DNA from: Erysipelotrichales bacterium
Lineage (GTDB): Bacteria; Bacillota_I; Bacilli_A; RFN20; CAG-826
Direction: 5' to 3'
NCBI GenBank assembly: GCA_022508525.1
Contig: JAFLVA010000007.1
Coordinates: 18,380-82,379, forward strand
DNA length: 64,000 nucleotides
The position numbers and the translations under genes are program-made. The notes below the pieces were generated by a model. It was given only the letters and a program-made list of their open reading frames with translations. It searched no databases and was not told the DNA's origin. The stretch's first letter is position 1; each line of letters opens with the position of its first letter. Of this stretch, positions 45,890 through 56,226 are shown piece by piece.

Positions 45890-48800
45890 AAAAATAAAAA
45901 TTATTAACTGGCACTATTTCTGGAATGAAACAATTAATATTGAACCAATTGTTTTCTTAACTGGTTTAAATGCTTCGGGTAAATCTACATTAATTGATGC
46001 TATGCAAATTGTTTTGCTTGGTGATACATCTGGTAGATTCTTTAATAAAGCGGCTAGTGAAAAGTCATCTCGTACCTTAAAGGGATATTTACGTGGTGAA
46101 TTAGGGGATTCCGAAGATGGTGGTTTCAAATATCTTCGTGAAGGAAGATTTACCTCCTATATTGCTTTAGAATTCTATGATGATTTAAACGATAAATCAT
46201 TTACTTTAGGATGTGTTTTTGACTCATACGATGATGGCTCAGAAGAACATCGTTATTTCTGTTTAGAAAATAAAATTCCTGAAAATGAATTTATTAAAGA
46301 TAAAATCCCAATGGATTATAAGACTTTGGCACAATTTTTTGCTGCTAACTATGGCGAAGGAAATTATCGCTTCGTTGATACTAATAAACAATATCAAGAA
46401 TTACTTAAAAAGAAATTCGGAAATATTAAAGATAAATATTTCTCACTTTTCAAAAAAGCTGTCTCATTTACTCCAATCACCGATATTACAACATTTATTA
46501 CAGAATATATTTGTGATGCACAAGGTAATATTAACATCGATTCTATGCAAGAGAATATCTTGCAATATAAGCGCTTAGAAAATGAAGCCACAATTATGGG
46601 AATGCGTGTTGATCGCTTAGTAGAAATTGAGACTTCATATAAAGCTTATCAATCAAATTATCACAATATGAGCATCTATGGCTATATTGTTGAAAAGGCT
46701 GAACTCCAAATTGAATTAAATCGTTTGAAGTCATATGATGATTCTATTGAAAAGGCCCAAAAGAGATTAATTGAAATTGAAACAGAACTAGCAGATATAG
46801 ATGTTAATATCGCGGAGTTAAATAGAAGAAAAACACGTCTTATTCAAGATAAAGCAAGTAGTGATACATATCGCTTAACTGATGAATTACGCGAACAAAG
46901 ACAAGAAGCATTGGAAAAACTTGCGAGTTTGAACCGTGATGCTCAACTTGTTAGACAAAATTTAGAAAAATATGCGAATGATTTTATCGCAGTGGCTTCG
47001 CACATCGTTGAAAAGTTATCTAACTTAGATCAAACATTATTAAATGATGATCGCGGTTACGAATTTAATGAATTATTAGAGTGTGCTGCTAAGGTTGTTG
47101 AAACATCTACTAATTTGCGTGATAACGAATTACCACATATTGAAACTCTTTCTATTGAAACTTTAAAAGAATGGAGAGATTCACTTGCAAAATTTAAACA
47201 ACTAGTGTCCGCAATGAGTGTTTCATTAGGTAGAACAATAACAACTTTTGATCGTGAAACTGCTCAACTTAAACAACAAGAAGCAGAAATGCGCAATGGT
47301 AGTAAATCATATGATAGAAGTTTGATAACAATTAAGAATGAACTTCAAAGAATTCTTACTGAACGTCATGGAAAACCAGTTGTTGTATCTTTATTTGCTG
47401 ATTTAATTGATATTAAATCGCAAACTTGGGTCAATGCAATTGAAGGATTCTTACATGCACAAAAATTTAATCTTTTTGTAGAGAATAAATATTATTTTGA
47501 AGCATATGAGATTTTACGTGATCTACTTGCTAAGAATCATTTTTATGGCACAACACTTGTTGACCAAGAAAAAATTATTGAAAGAAATTATACATGCGAA
47601 AAAGGATCACTTGCTGAAGAAATTATTACTGATCATGAAGGTGCAAGAAGTTACACTAACTTCTTAATTGGAAGATTGAAAAAATGTCGCAATGTTCAAG
47701 AAGCTCGCGAGTCAATGAATGGTATCACTCCAGAATGTGATTTATATCGTAACTTTACCTTAGGTAAACTAAATCCTCGCTTATATAATCCAGCCTATAT
47801 TGGAAGAAGTGTTGGCGAAGCACAAATCGCCTTAAAACATGCTGAAATTGATCGTAATAATCATTTAGTAGCGATTTTAAGAAATATTCATAAAGATATT
47901 GCTGAGGCAAATACTTTTGAAATTATTAATACAAACGAAATTAATAATACAATTACATTAATTGAAAACACTCGTAATGTCGAAGGCTTGAAAAACACTA
48001 TTTCTTATTTAGATGAAGAATTATCTAAACATGATGTATCTCAAATTGAATCATTTGATCGTCGAATTAAAGACGTTGAAGAAGATATAAAGAATTTAGA
48101 GAACGAAAAACAAGCCCTATTTGAAGAAAGAGGACAACTCAATACACAAATTAAGACTTTAAAAGAAGAAAAGATTCCAGAAACTAAACTAAAGAGTGAA
48201 GAAAGAACTAAACACTTAGAAGAAAATTATGATCCATTTGTCGTGGCAGAAGAATCAGAACCACTCTTTAATCAAATGTTAGTTGAAGGTAAGAGTCCTA
48301 TTGAGATGGTTAGTGAATACAATGTTAAATTCACTCAAGCTCAATACAAAGCTCAAACAATATTTAACAATGTAATGAAGTTACGCCGTGAATATGTTAA
48401 AGACTATCGTTTATCCTATGATACAGATCAAAAGGATAATGATGCTTACGAAAAAGAATTGATTGATCTTCGTGAGATTAAACTTCCACAATATCAACTT
48501 GCAATTACTGATGCTTATAATAAAGCGACTAAACAATTTAAGGATGATTTCATTTCTCGTTTGAGAAGTGCAATTGAAAGCGTTGAAATTCAAATTGAAG
48601 ATTTAAACGAAGCATTATCGCATGCAGTATTTGGAAATGATACTTATCGTTTCACATGTCGTCCAAGTCAACTTTATCATCGTTACTACGAAATGATAAA
48701 AGATGATTTGTTACTTCAAGTTGGTGAAGATGAATCAGCATTTATTGAAAAATATTCTGAAGTTATGAATGATTTGTTTAGACAAATTGTTGATGTTGGA

Positions 48801-49280
48801 GAGCATGGAGATAAAAATGCACAATTAGCAGCTAATGTTGAGAAATTCACAGACTATCGTTCATATCTTGATTTTGACTTAATCGTTAAAAATAAAGAAG
48901 GACAAGAACAACGTCTTTCAAAAATGATGAAGAAAAAATCTGGTGGTGAAACGCAAACTCCATTCTATATTGCAGTTTTAGCCAGCTTTGCTCAACTATA
49001 TCGTGTCAATGATGCAGGAGAACTCGGTAATTCCATTCGTCTTATTGTCTTTGATGAAGCTTTCTCAAAGATGGATAGAGGTAGAATTACTGAATCTGTA
49101 CGATTACTTAGAAAGTTTGGCTTACAAGCTATTCTTTCAGCGCCATCTGATAAGATTGCCGATATTTCGGAACTTGTCGATGAAACTTTAGTTGTCTTGC
49201 ATGATAAGAATACATCACGTGTACGTTTATACGCTGAAGAAGAAAAAATTACAAATAAAAAAGCAATTGGCCAGCATTAG
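45876..49280 (+). CDS. SMC-like ABC ATPase (MukB/MksB/JetC-like)
   Basis: N-terminal head has INWHYFWNE...FLTGLNASGKSTLIDA (Walker A). An ~800-aa charged, heptad-rich middle suggests a coiled coil with hinge. C-terminal head has KKKSGGETQTPFYIAVLASF (signature) and IRLIVFDEAFSKMD (Walker B and D-loop). The ATG at 45876 follows AGGTGG and overlaps the previous gene by 14 nt. Confidence 0.8.
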   Translation: MKTLRKIKIINWHYFWNETINIEPIVFLTGLNASGKSTLIDAMQIVLLGDTSGRFFNKAASEKSSRTLKGYLRGELGDSEDGGFKYLREGRFTSYIALEFYDDLNDKSFTLGCVFDSYDDGSEEHRYFCLENKIPENEFIKDKIPMDYKTLAQFFAANYGEGNYRFVDTNKQYQELLKKKFGNIKDKYFSLFKKAVSFTPITDITTFITEYICDAQGNINIDSMQENILQYKRLENEATIMGMRVDRLVEIETSYKAYQSNYHNMSIYGYIVEKAELQIELNRLKSYDDSIEKAQKRLIEIETELADIDVNIAELNRRKTRLIQDKASSDTYRLTDELREQRQEALEKLASLNRDAQLVRQNLEKYANDFIAVASHIVEKLSNLDQTLLNDDRGYEFNELLECAAKVVETSTNLRDNELPHIETLSIETLKEWRDSLAKFKQLVSAMSVSLGRTITTFDRETAQLKQQEAEMRNGSKSYDRSLITIKNELQRILTERHGKPVVVSLFADLIDIKSQTWVNAIEGFLHAQKFNLFVENKYYFEAYEILRDLLAKNHFYGTTLVDQEKIIERNYTCEKGSLAEEIITDHEGARSYTNFLIGRLKKCRNVQEARESMNGITPECDLYRNFTLGKLNPRLYNPAYIGRSVGEAQIALKHAEIDRNNHLVAILRNIHKDIAEANTFEIINTNEINNTITLIENTRNVEGLKNTISYLDEELSKHDVSQIESFDRRIKDVEEDIKNLENEKQALFEERGQLNTQIKTLKEEKIPETKLKSEERTKHLEENYDPFVVAEESEPLFNQMLVEGKSPIEMVSEYNVKFTQAQYKAQTIFNNVMKLRREYVKDYRLSYDTDQKDNDAYEKELIDLREIKLPQYQLAITDAYNKATKQFKDDFISRLRSAIESVEIQIEDLNEALSHAVFGNDTYRFTCRPSQLYHRYYEMIKDDLLLQVGEDESAFIEKYSEVMNDLFRQIVDVGEHGDKNAQLAANVEKFTDYRSYLDFDLIVKNKEGQEQRLSKMMKKKSGGETQTPFYIAVLASFAQLYRVNDAGELGNSIRLIVFDEAFSKMDRGRITESVRLLRKFGLQAILSAPSDKIADISELVDETLVVLHDKNTSRVRLYAEEEKITNKKAIGQH

Positions 49281-49308
49281 TCTGGTCTTTTGTATCATAT
49301 GAGGAATT

Positions 49309-50211
49309 ATGGAACTAAGTTATGCAAGTAAAAAAATTAGAAATCAAAAGCGTCTGAATATCTTCAGAATGGTTTTGGTTGTGTTTGTATGTATTTTCAT
49401 AGTTCTATTACTGAACGCTATATTTTATCTAATTATAGACCCGATATTTGGCATAATTACAAACGATATTGGAATAATTATCTCAATACTTATAAGTCTA
49501 TTATTAGTTATCATCTTATCACTTTTAAATTTGACGATTGCATACAATTTACTTAATCGAAAGTATAAAAAGTTTTATATGGATTTGCTAAAAAATGAAG
49601 CAATGCTTGATGGTTTAGCCCTCTTTAAAAATGAAAATGGTTTAAATGATGTTGAAAAAGAGACGATTGAAAAATATGTTGGTATTGAAGTTGTGGACGT
49701 TTTAAATGCGATGTCACAGACTAGTAGCTCGGCATATTTTGATTTGTATCAGATAAAATATGATAGTAAAAACTATGGCGTAGTAATTAAAACAAAAATT
49801 GATTATATGAATAATGAATTAGTTATTGTGCGCAACGATGGAAGAAAAGGTAAATTGTCGTATGAAGAAAAAAATCTAAAGCAATATGGAATTGGAATAT
49901 CTAATAATGAGTTGTATTTTGGAAATACGTTTGCATTATATGCAACATTAGATAATCGCATTTATAAGTTAATTAACAATCAAATTCTCGATGAATTACA
50001 AAAATTTGCGACTTTTGTTAAGACATCACTTTGCTTAACTCTTTTAGACGACAATCTGTTTATATTTATTGATAATTGGAAATTTGATTTAGAGAAATCT
50101 ATGTTTAATAAAGATGGCATTTCTATTATAGATACACAGATAGAGGCATTAAAAATATTACAAAATTACATCGAAAGTATGACTTTATTGTTAAACAAAA
50201 TAGATGAGTAA
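49309..50211 (+). CDS. Two-TM membrane protein, DUF3137-like C-terminal domain
   Basis: Hydrophobic helices lie at aa ~20-45 and ~50-80. The soluble C-terminal domain carries YFGNTFALYATLDNRIYKLINNQILDELQKF, resembling DUF3137 (recollection). It starts 28 nt after the SMC-like gene with no strong terminator between them. Confidence 0.5.
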   Translation: MELSYASKKIRNQKRLNIFRMVLVVFVCIFIVLLLNAIFYLIIDPIFGIITNDIGIIISILISLLLVIILSLLNLTIAYNLLNRKYKKFYMDLLKNEAMLDGLALFKNENGLNDVEKETIEKYVGIEVVDVLNAMSQTSSSAYFDLYQIKYDSKNYGVVIKTKIDYMNNELVIVRNDGRKGKLSYEEKNLKQYGIGISNNELYFGNTFALYATLDNRIYKLINNQILDELQKFATFVKTSLCLTLLDDNLFIFIDNWKFDLEKSMFNKDGISIIDTQIEALKILQNYIESMTLLLNKIDE

Positions 50212-50263
50212 TTATTGATGAAGTTGTTGGCAATAATATTATCAAAAAGCGTTTTTGAAAAAA

Positions 50264-50875
50264 TTACAATTTAAAATACGTTTTAAAATAATCAAGCACA
50301 GTTAAATCGTTATTAATTTCTGGATGATATTGAACCGCGTATATCATCCTTTTTTTATCTTCGATTTCTTCAACAACATCATCATTTGTTTTTGAAATAA
50401 GTGTAAAATTTTCAGCTAATTCATCGATACATTGGTGATGAAATGAATTGGTAACCTTTTTATCGTTGTTATTTTTAATAATCACATGAAGTCCTTGGTG
50501 AGTATTAGGTACTTCCTTTAAAGTGCCACTAAAATAAACGTTTAATATTTGTAGACCTCTACATATTCCAAGTATTGGTTTATGAATTTTGAGAGCTTTA
50601 TTTATCGCTAAATACTCTAAATTATCTAGTCGACTGTCATAGTTAATAAAATTGTCAATTTTGTTATATAAATGTGGATTAACATCCCCACCACCGATTA
50701 AAACAAGACAATCTATTTTATTAATAAAATAATTGAGGTTTTGCTTAGTAAGAAAAACTACAATAAACCCATAGTTTTCTAAATAATCTAAGTAACGATT
50801 ATATATGCCTATGATTTCTTTTTTGTTTTCATAGTAAAAGCGAATTGGTATTCCAGCAATCAATGTTTTTTTCAT
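50264..50875 (-). CDS. Class I glutamine amidotransferase / peptidase C26 (gamma-glutamyl hydrolase-like)
   Basis: GICRGLQILNV (nucleophile Cys), HHQ, and YAVQYHPE. Confidence 0.75.
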   Translation of the reverse strand: MKKTLIAGIPIRFYYENKKEIIGIYNRYLDYLENYGFIVVFLTKQNLNYFINKIDCLVLIGGGDVNPHLYNKIDNFINYDSRLDNLEYLAINKALKIHKPILGICRGLQILNVYFSGTLKEVPNTHQGLHVIIKNNNDKKVTNSFHHQCIDELAENFTLISKTNDDVVEEIEDKKRMIYAVQYHPEINNDLTVLDYFKTYFKL

Positions 50876-50981
50876 ATTAGAATAGATGAAATTTATTTAA
50901 AAAAAATAACCACATTATCTCTATTAAACGTTTCTAAATGGAAGTGTAAAGACATACATTTAAAGTGTTAGGGGTGTTTTT

Positions 50982-51995
50982 ATGAATAAAAAGTATAAAG
51001 TAGCGGTAATAGGAGGCCATGGACTTGTAGCAAGAGCAATAATTTCAGACCTACATCGTTATGACTTTCCAATGTCCGAGCTTGTAATTTATGGCTCAAA
51101 AGAGCATGCATCAATTGATTTAGTTGTAGATCATAAAAAATACAAAGTAGTACCATTAGATGAAGAAAATGTTATGTCATTTGATCTAGTTTTCTTTTCC
51201 TCTGGTGAAGATTTATCAAATAAATATGCAGAATTATTTATTAAAAAAGGCGCACGAGTAATCGATAATTCATCATATTTTCGAAATATGAAAGATGTTC
51301 CACTTGTTATTCCAGAAATTAATGAAAGTGATCTGTTAAATGACAGCAAAATATATGCAAATCCAAATTGCACTACAATCATGCTGCTTTTAGCAATTTA
51401 TCCACTTCATCAAGAGTGCAAATTAGAAAAATTAAACATTTCTAGCTATCAATCAATTTCAGGAGCAGGGAAATTAGCTTTAGAAGAATATGTCAATGAA
51501 TCAATAGAGCCAAGTTATAGAGCAAAAATTTTGCCAAGCAAAAATTCAATAAAAAAGTCAATTTATAACAACTTATTGCCAGTTGTAGATAATATTAATG
51601 AAGATGGATTTACCATGGAAGAATTAAAAATTATCAATGAGTCACAAAAGATTTTACATATGAAAGAACTAGAAGTGAATCCAACGTGTGTGCGTGTTCC
51701 GACACTATACGGACATGGAATTACTATATATGCATTATGCAAGGAAAAAATAAACTTAGAACGTTTGAAGGAAATATATAATGATATCCCATATTTACGT
51801 TATAAAGAAAATCCTGACTATCCTGATTTAAAAGAAGTAGTAGGGACACCAATTGTTGAAGTAGGAAGGTTTAGAATAGATAAATATTGTGAATATACTT
51901 TAGATCTTTTTGCAACATCAGATAATTTAATTCGTGGTGCAAGTTATAATGCGGTGCAAATTGGTTTGTCTTTAATTAAATTAGGAGTGCTATGA
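50982..51995 (+). CDS. asd: Aspartate-semialdehyde dehydrogenase
   Basis: NPNCTTI (active-site Cys), SYQSISGAG, VRVPTLYGH. Confidence 0.88.
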   Translation: MNKKYKVAVIGGHGLVARAIISDLHRYDFPMSELVIYGSKEHASIDLVVDHKKYKVVPLDEENVMSFDLVFFSSGEDLSNKYAELFIKKGARVIDNSSYFRNMKDVPLVIPEINESDLLNDSKIYANPNCTTIMLLLAIYPLHQECKLEKLNISSYQSISGAGKLALEEYVNESIEPSYRAKILPSKNSIKKSIYNNLLPVVDNINEDGFTMEELKIINESQKILHMKELEVNPTCVRVPTLYGHGITIYALCKEKINLERLKEIYNDIPYLRYKENPDYPDLKEVVGTPIVEVGRFRIDKYCEYTLDLFATSDNLIRGASYNAVQIGLSLIKLGVL

Positions 51996-52723
51996 TATTT
52001 TATAAATTACAAGCGAATGGAAATGATTTTATAGTAATTTATAATACAAAAATATCAAAAAAACTTATCAAGCGAATATGTCAAAATCATTTCTCAGTTG
52101 GCGCAGATGGAATAATTTCATTACATAAAATAAATAACTATGATCTAGGAATGTGGATTTATAACTTTGATGGTAGTCAGGCAAAAATGTGCGGGAATGG
52201 ACTCAAAATTGTAGCATATTTTTTGAGAAATATAATGAAGATAGAAAAAGAAGAGTATGAAATATTAGTCAATAACGAAGTAATGGCTACTGTTGGATAT
52301 TTAAATGAACAATATTATGCCTTATTAGATAAGCCTAAATTTCTAAAAAGAGTAAAAAACTACTACATCTATAATGTAGGTAATTTGCACGCAATAAAAT
52401 TAGTTGATTATTTGTCAAAATCTTCACTAACGAGCGATAAAAAGAATAAAGAATTCGATGGCATGAATGTTACTAATGTTCAAATTATTGATAACAATCG
52501 TGCAAGAATTTTAACTTTTGAAAATGGAGTAGGAATTACAAATTCTTGTGGTAGTGCATCACTTTGCACCTTCCAATATTTACTAGATTTAGAAAAAGTA
52601 GGAAGAAAAGTAGAGTTCTTATCATTAGGCGGGCATTATAGTGTTGAAAAAATATATGACAAATTGTGCCTCTTTGGGAAAGTTAATTATGTATATAAAG
52701 GAGAATTAATAGATGAATATTGA
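51992..52723 (+). CDS. dapF: Diaminopimelate epimerase (short form)
   Basis: NGNDFIVI plus two catalytic Cys contexts (MCGNG and NSCGSAS). 243 aa. Confidence 0.8.
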   Translation: MIFYKLQANGNDFIVIYNTKISKKLIKRICQNHFSVGADGIISLHKINNYDLGMWIYNFDGSQAKMCGNGLKIVAYFLRNIMKIEKEEYEILVNNEVMATVGYLNEQYYALLDKPKFLKRVKNYYIYNVGNLHAIKLVDYLSKSSLTSDKKNKEFDGMNVTNVQIIDNNRARILTFENGVGITNSCGSASLCTFQYLLDLEKVGRKVEFLSLGGHYSVEKIYDKLCLFGKVNYVYKGELIDEY

Positions 52724-53885
52724 TAAATTAGTAATTAAAGACTATAGCAGTATTTTTTATAATCGATTTCAAGATATCATCAATCAAAAAAATAAATATG
52801 ATGGGCCTTTTTCTTTAATTGATTTTGGTGTTGGCGAAGAAAAGTCAATGCCAGATAAACGAATTTTAGAAACTTTCAAATCATCGTTAGGAGATTGTAA
52901 AAATCATAAGTATAGCGACAATGAAGCAGATGAACTTTTAAAAAGTGCAAAAAACTATTTAAAACGCAACTTTGATGTTGATGTAAAAAGTGAAGAATTG
53001 ATGCATATCATAGGCGCGAAATCAATTTTAGCGATGATTCCATCTCTCTTCATTAACGAAAACGACTATGTTGTAACACTAAATCCTAGTTATGTCATTT
53101 TAGAGCGTGCAGCTAAATTATGTGGGGCAAAAATTGCATATTTGACATTAAATGAAGAAAATCAATTTTATCCTAATTTAGATGAAATAAGCGAAGAAAT
53201 TTGGGCAAAAACAAAAATTTTAAATCTTAACTTCCCTCATAATCCAACGGGTGCTACAGTAGATGAAAAATTTTATAAATCAGCTATTGCATTAGCAAAA
53301 AAATACAATTTTATTATTGTAAATGATGCAGCTTATTTAGGAATAAGCTATCATAAACCTTTATCATTTTTATCGATTGATGGTGCAAAAGATGTGGGCA
53401 TTGAAATATATAGCCTTTCTAAAAGCCACAATATGACAGGATTTCGTATAGGGTTTGTTGCAGGAAATGCACGAATTATAGAATTATTGAAGTTGTTAAA
53501 AAATAATTTTGATTCTGGACAATACATACCTATTCAATTAGCAGCCAAAGAGGCATTAGATAACGATGACATTACAGAAGCACTAAAGGATAAGTATTTA
53601 AGCAGAATGAAAAAAATAGCCATGATTTTATTTGAACATGGCTTATATGCATATATTCCTTATGGAACATTTTATTTATATTTTAGAATTCCTTCAAAAG
53701 TAAAAGACCAAACTTTTAAGACAGCACATGAATTTTCAAGCTTCCTTCTTGAACGTGTGGGAATAATGACAATTCCATATGATGAAGAAGGTCATTATAT
53801 TCGACTTTCAATGACATTTGAATGTGAAGATGAAAATGCCTTTTATGAAGATTTAAGAAATAGATTAAATTTAGTTTTCTTTTAA
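52713..53885 (+). CDS. Class I/II PLP aminotransferase (candidate diaminopimelate-pathway aminotransferase)
   Basis: [13 protein letters not shown], and [15 protein letters not shown] (PLP lysine). The function is inferred only from linkage to asd-dapF. Confidence 0.65.
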   Translation: MNIDKLVIKDYSSIFYNRFQDIINQKNKYDGPFSLIDFGVGEEKSMPDKRILETFKSSLGDCKNHKYSDNEADELLKSAKNYLKRNFDVDVKSEELMHIIGAKSILAMIPSLFINENDYVVTLNPSYVILERAAKLCGAKIAYLTLNEENQFYPNLDEISEEIWAKTKILNLNFPHNPTGATVDEKFYKSAIALAKKYNFIIVNDAAYLGISYHKPLSFLSIDGAKDVGIEIYSLSKSHNMTGFRIGFVAGNARIIELLKLLKNNFDSGQYIPIQLAAKEALDNDDITEALKDKYLSRMKKIAMILFEHGLYAYIPYGTFYLYFRIPSKVKDQTFKTAHEFSSFLLERVGIMTIPYDEEGHYIRLSMTFECEDENAFYEDLRNRLNLVFF

Positions 53886-54380
53886 TTTATGAACTTCTAA
53901 AACTGGTTCATCAATTACTTCGATACTTTTAATTACAACCCTCTCTAAAGGACGATCATTTGGAGAGGTTTTTGTATTGGCAATTTTATCTACGACTTCA
54001 ATTCCTTCAATAACTTTACCAAAGGCAGCGTATTGTCCATCTAAGAAGTCACCATCTTTATGCATAATAAAGAATTGAGATCCTGCTGAATCTTTATCGT
54101 ATGCTCTTGCCATAGAAATAACACCACGTAAATGAGAAATGTCATTTTTATGACCATTTATTCTAAATTCACCTTTAATGGAATATCCAGGTCCTCCAGT
54201 TCCATTACCTTTTGGATCTCCACCTTGAATCATAAATCCTTTAATTACGCGATGAAAGATTAAGCCATTATAAAAGCCTTTTCTTGCCAACTCAACGAAA
54301 TTTGCACAAGTGTTTGGTGCGTTTTCATAGTCAAGCATTATTTTTATTTTTCCATAATTTTCAACGTTTATTTCTATCAT
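53871..54380 (-). CDS. ppiB: Peptidyl-prolyl cis-trans isomerase, cyclophilin type
   Basis: [15 protein letters not shown] and GSQFFI. Its 3' end overlaps the convergent aminotransferase gene by 15 nt. Confidence 0.92.
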   Translation of the reverse strand: MIEINVENYGKIKIMLDYENAPNTCANFVELARKGFYNGLIFHRVIKGFMIQGGDPKGNGTGGPGYSIKGEFRINGHKNDISHLRGVISMARAYDKDSAGSQFFIMHKDGDFLDGQYAAFGKVIEGIEVVDKIANTKTSPNDRPLERVVIKSIEVIDEPVLEVHKLKEN

Positions 54381-54492
54381 TTAAATCACCCGTGTTTATT
54401 GTATCATAAAATAAATATATTACACAAAATTAACTATGGTATAGTTAATTACTCTAAGATATGATAATATTTTATGAGATAGGTGATTAAAC

Positions 54493-56226
54493 TTGTTAAA
54501 ACTATTTAAGAAATATTTAAAGCCATATCTTGCAGGCATTATTGCCGGACCAGCCTTTAAAGTATTAGAGGCTATTTTTGAGTTGATTGTTCCACTTATT
54601 GTCAAAAATATTATTGATAAAGGTTTAAATGGAAATGCTGGTAAAGATTACATTTTAAAACAGGGCTTAATTCTTTTGGCCCTTGCGATTACTGGCTTTG
54701 CAACTACAATGTTATGTCAATATATAGCATGTAAAATTGCTTCAAAGTATCGCTATGACTTAGATAAAGACTTATATCATAAAATTAATACTTTATCTTT
54801 AAAAGATTTTGATATGATTGGAGTTTCATCTCTTCAAACGAGGCTAAACAATGACGTTTTAATTACACAACGTGGAGTAGCCATGCTAATAAGGCTTCTT
54901 GTTCGTGCACCTTTAATTTTAATTGGTGGAACTGTTATGTCATTCATCATTTCCCCACGCCTTGGTATTATTTTTATCGTAACTGGTATCTTAATAGGTT
55001 TAATTTTATTTATAGTTTCAAGACTTTCTTTACCATATAACAAACGCATTCAAAAAGACTTGGATGATGCAACAAATATTACAAAAGAAAACCTAGTTGG
55101 TGCTAGAGTTATACGAGCTTTCAATAAACAAAGCTATGAAAAAAGTAGATTTTATGATTCAGTAGAAACAATTGAAAAAGAATCATCGCATCTAGCTATT
55201 TTTTCAGCACTATTAAATCCAATGGTGACGGTTATTGCAAATGTTGGAATAATACTTATTTTTTATTTTGGATCAAAAAGCGTTAATGTTGGTGATTTAA
55301 CTCAAGGTGATATATCTTCACTTGTTAATTACATGGTGCAAATTTCATTAGCGGTTGTTGTAGTAGGTGATTTAGTAATTACTTTTTCTAAAGCAAATGC
55401 TTCCTCTCAAAGAATTAATGAAATCCTATCATTAAATCCTAAAATCATAAGTGGAAGTGAAATTCCTGAAGAAAAAGAAGAAATTATAAAATTTGAAAAT
55501 GTTTCTTTTTCATACCATGAGAATAATTCATATGCTTTAAAAGACATAAGTTTTAATGTCAAACGAGGAGAAGTAATAGGATTAATTGGAAGTACTGGCA
55601 GTGGAAAATCTACAATTATTAATTTGCTAGATCGACTTTACGACATTAACGAAGGAAAGATATTATTTAATGGGGTTGATATAAAAGAACATGATCTATC
55701 AGTTTTAAGAAAAAATATTGGAATTGTGCATCAAAAATCTTCACTTTTCAAAGGAACAATTCGATCAAATCTTTTATTTGCTAATAAAGATGCTACTGAT
55801 GAAGATATGAAAAAGGCTTTAAGTACTGCCCAAGCCTTAGATATTGTTTTAAGCAAAGAAAATCAACTTGATAGTGTGGTAGAAGAAAATGGTAAAAATT
55901 TTTCTGGTGGACAAAGACAAAGATTATGTATTGCACGAGCCTTAATCAAAAAGCCAGATGTTTTAGTTTTAGATGATTCGTCGAGTGCACTTGATTATAA
56001 AACAGACTTAAATTTGAGAACTGCTATTAAAAATGATTATAAAGACACAACAGTATTTATCATTTCACAACGTCCAAATTCGCTTAAGTATGCTGATAAA
56101 ATAATTGTTCTAGATGAAGGAAAAATTGTTGGAATCGGAAAACATGACGAACTTGTTTTAAATTGCAAAGTTTATAAAGAAATCTGTGATTCGCAGGACT
56201 ATAAAGGAAGTGATAGTCATGCCTAA
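54493..56226 (+). CDS. ABC exporter half-transporter (TMD-NBD), degenerate-site subunit
   Basis: TTG start after AGGTGA. Walker A GSTGSGKST, signature FSGGQRQRL, and Walker B LVLDDSSSALD, where Asp replaces the catalytic Glu. Confidence 0.85.
   Translation: MLKLFKKYLKPYLAGIIAGPAFKVLEAIFELIVPLIVKNIIDKGLNGNAGKDYILKQGLILLALAITGFATTMLCQYIACKIASKYRYDLDKDLYHKINTLSLKDFDMIGVSSLQTRLNNDVLITQRGVAMLIRLLVRAPLILIGGTVMSFIISPRLGIIFIVTGILIGLILFIVSRLSLPYNKRIQKDLDDATNITKENLVGARVIRAFNKQSYEKSRFYDSVETIEKESSHLAIFSALLNPMVTVIANVGIILIFYFGSKSVNVGDLTQGDISSLVNYMVQISLAVVVVGDLVITFSKANASSQRINEILSLNPKIISGSEIPEEKEEIIKFENVSFSYHENNSYALKDISFNVKRGEVIGLIGSTGSGKSTIINLLDRLYDINEGKILFNGVDIKEHDLSVLRKNIGIVHQKSSLFKGTIRSNLLFANKDATDEDMKKALSTAQALDIVLSKENQLDSVVEENGKNFSGGQRQRLCIARALIKKPDVLVLDDSSSALDYKTDLNLRTAIKNDYKDTTVFIISQRPNSLKYADKIIVLDEGKIVGIGKHDELVLNCKVYKEICDSQDYKGSDSHA

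Noticed and set aside
50876-50981. Lysine riboswitch (L-box) expected upstream of asd/dap genes.
   Set aside because: The gap is only ~105 nt, which is too short for an L-box, and it is AT-rich with no multi-helix junction.
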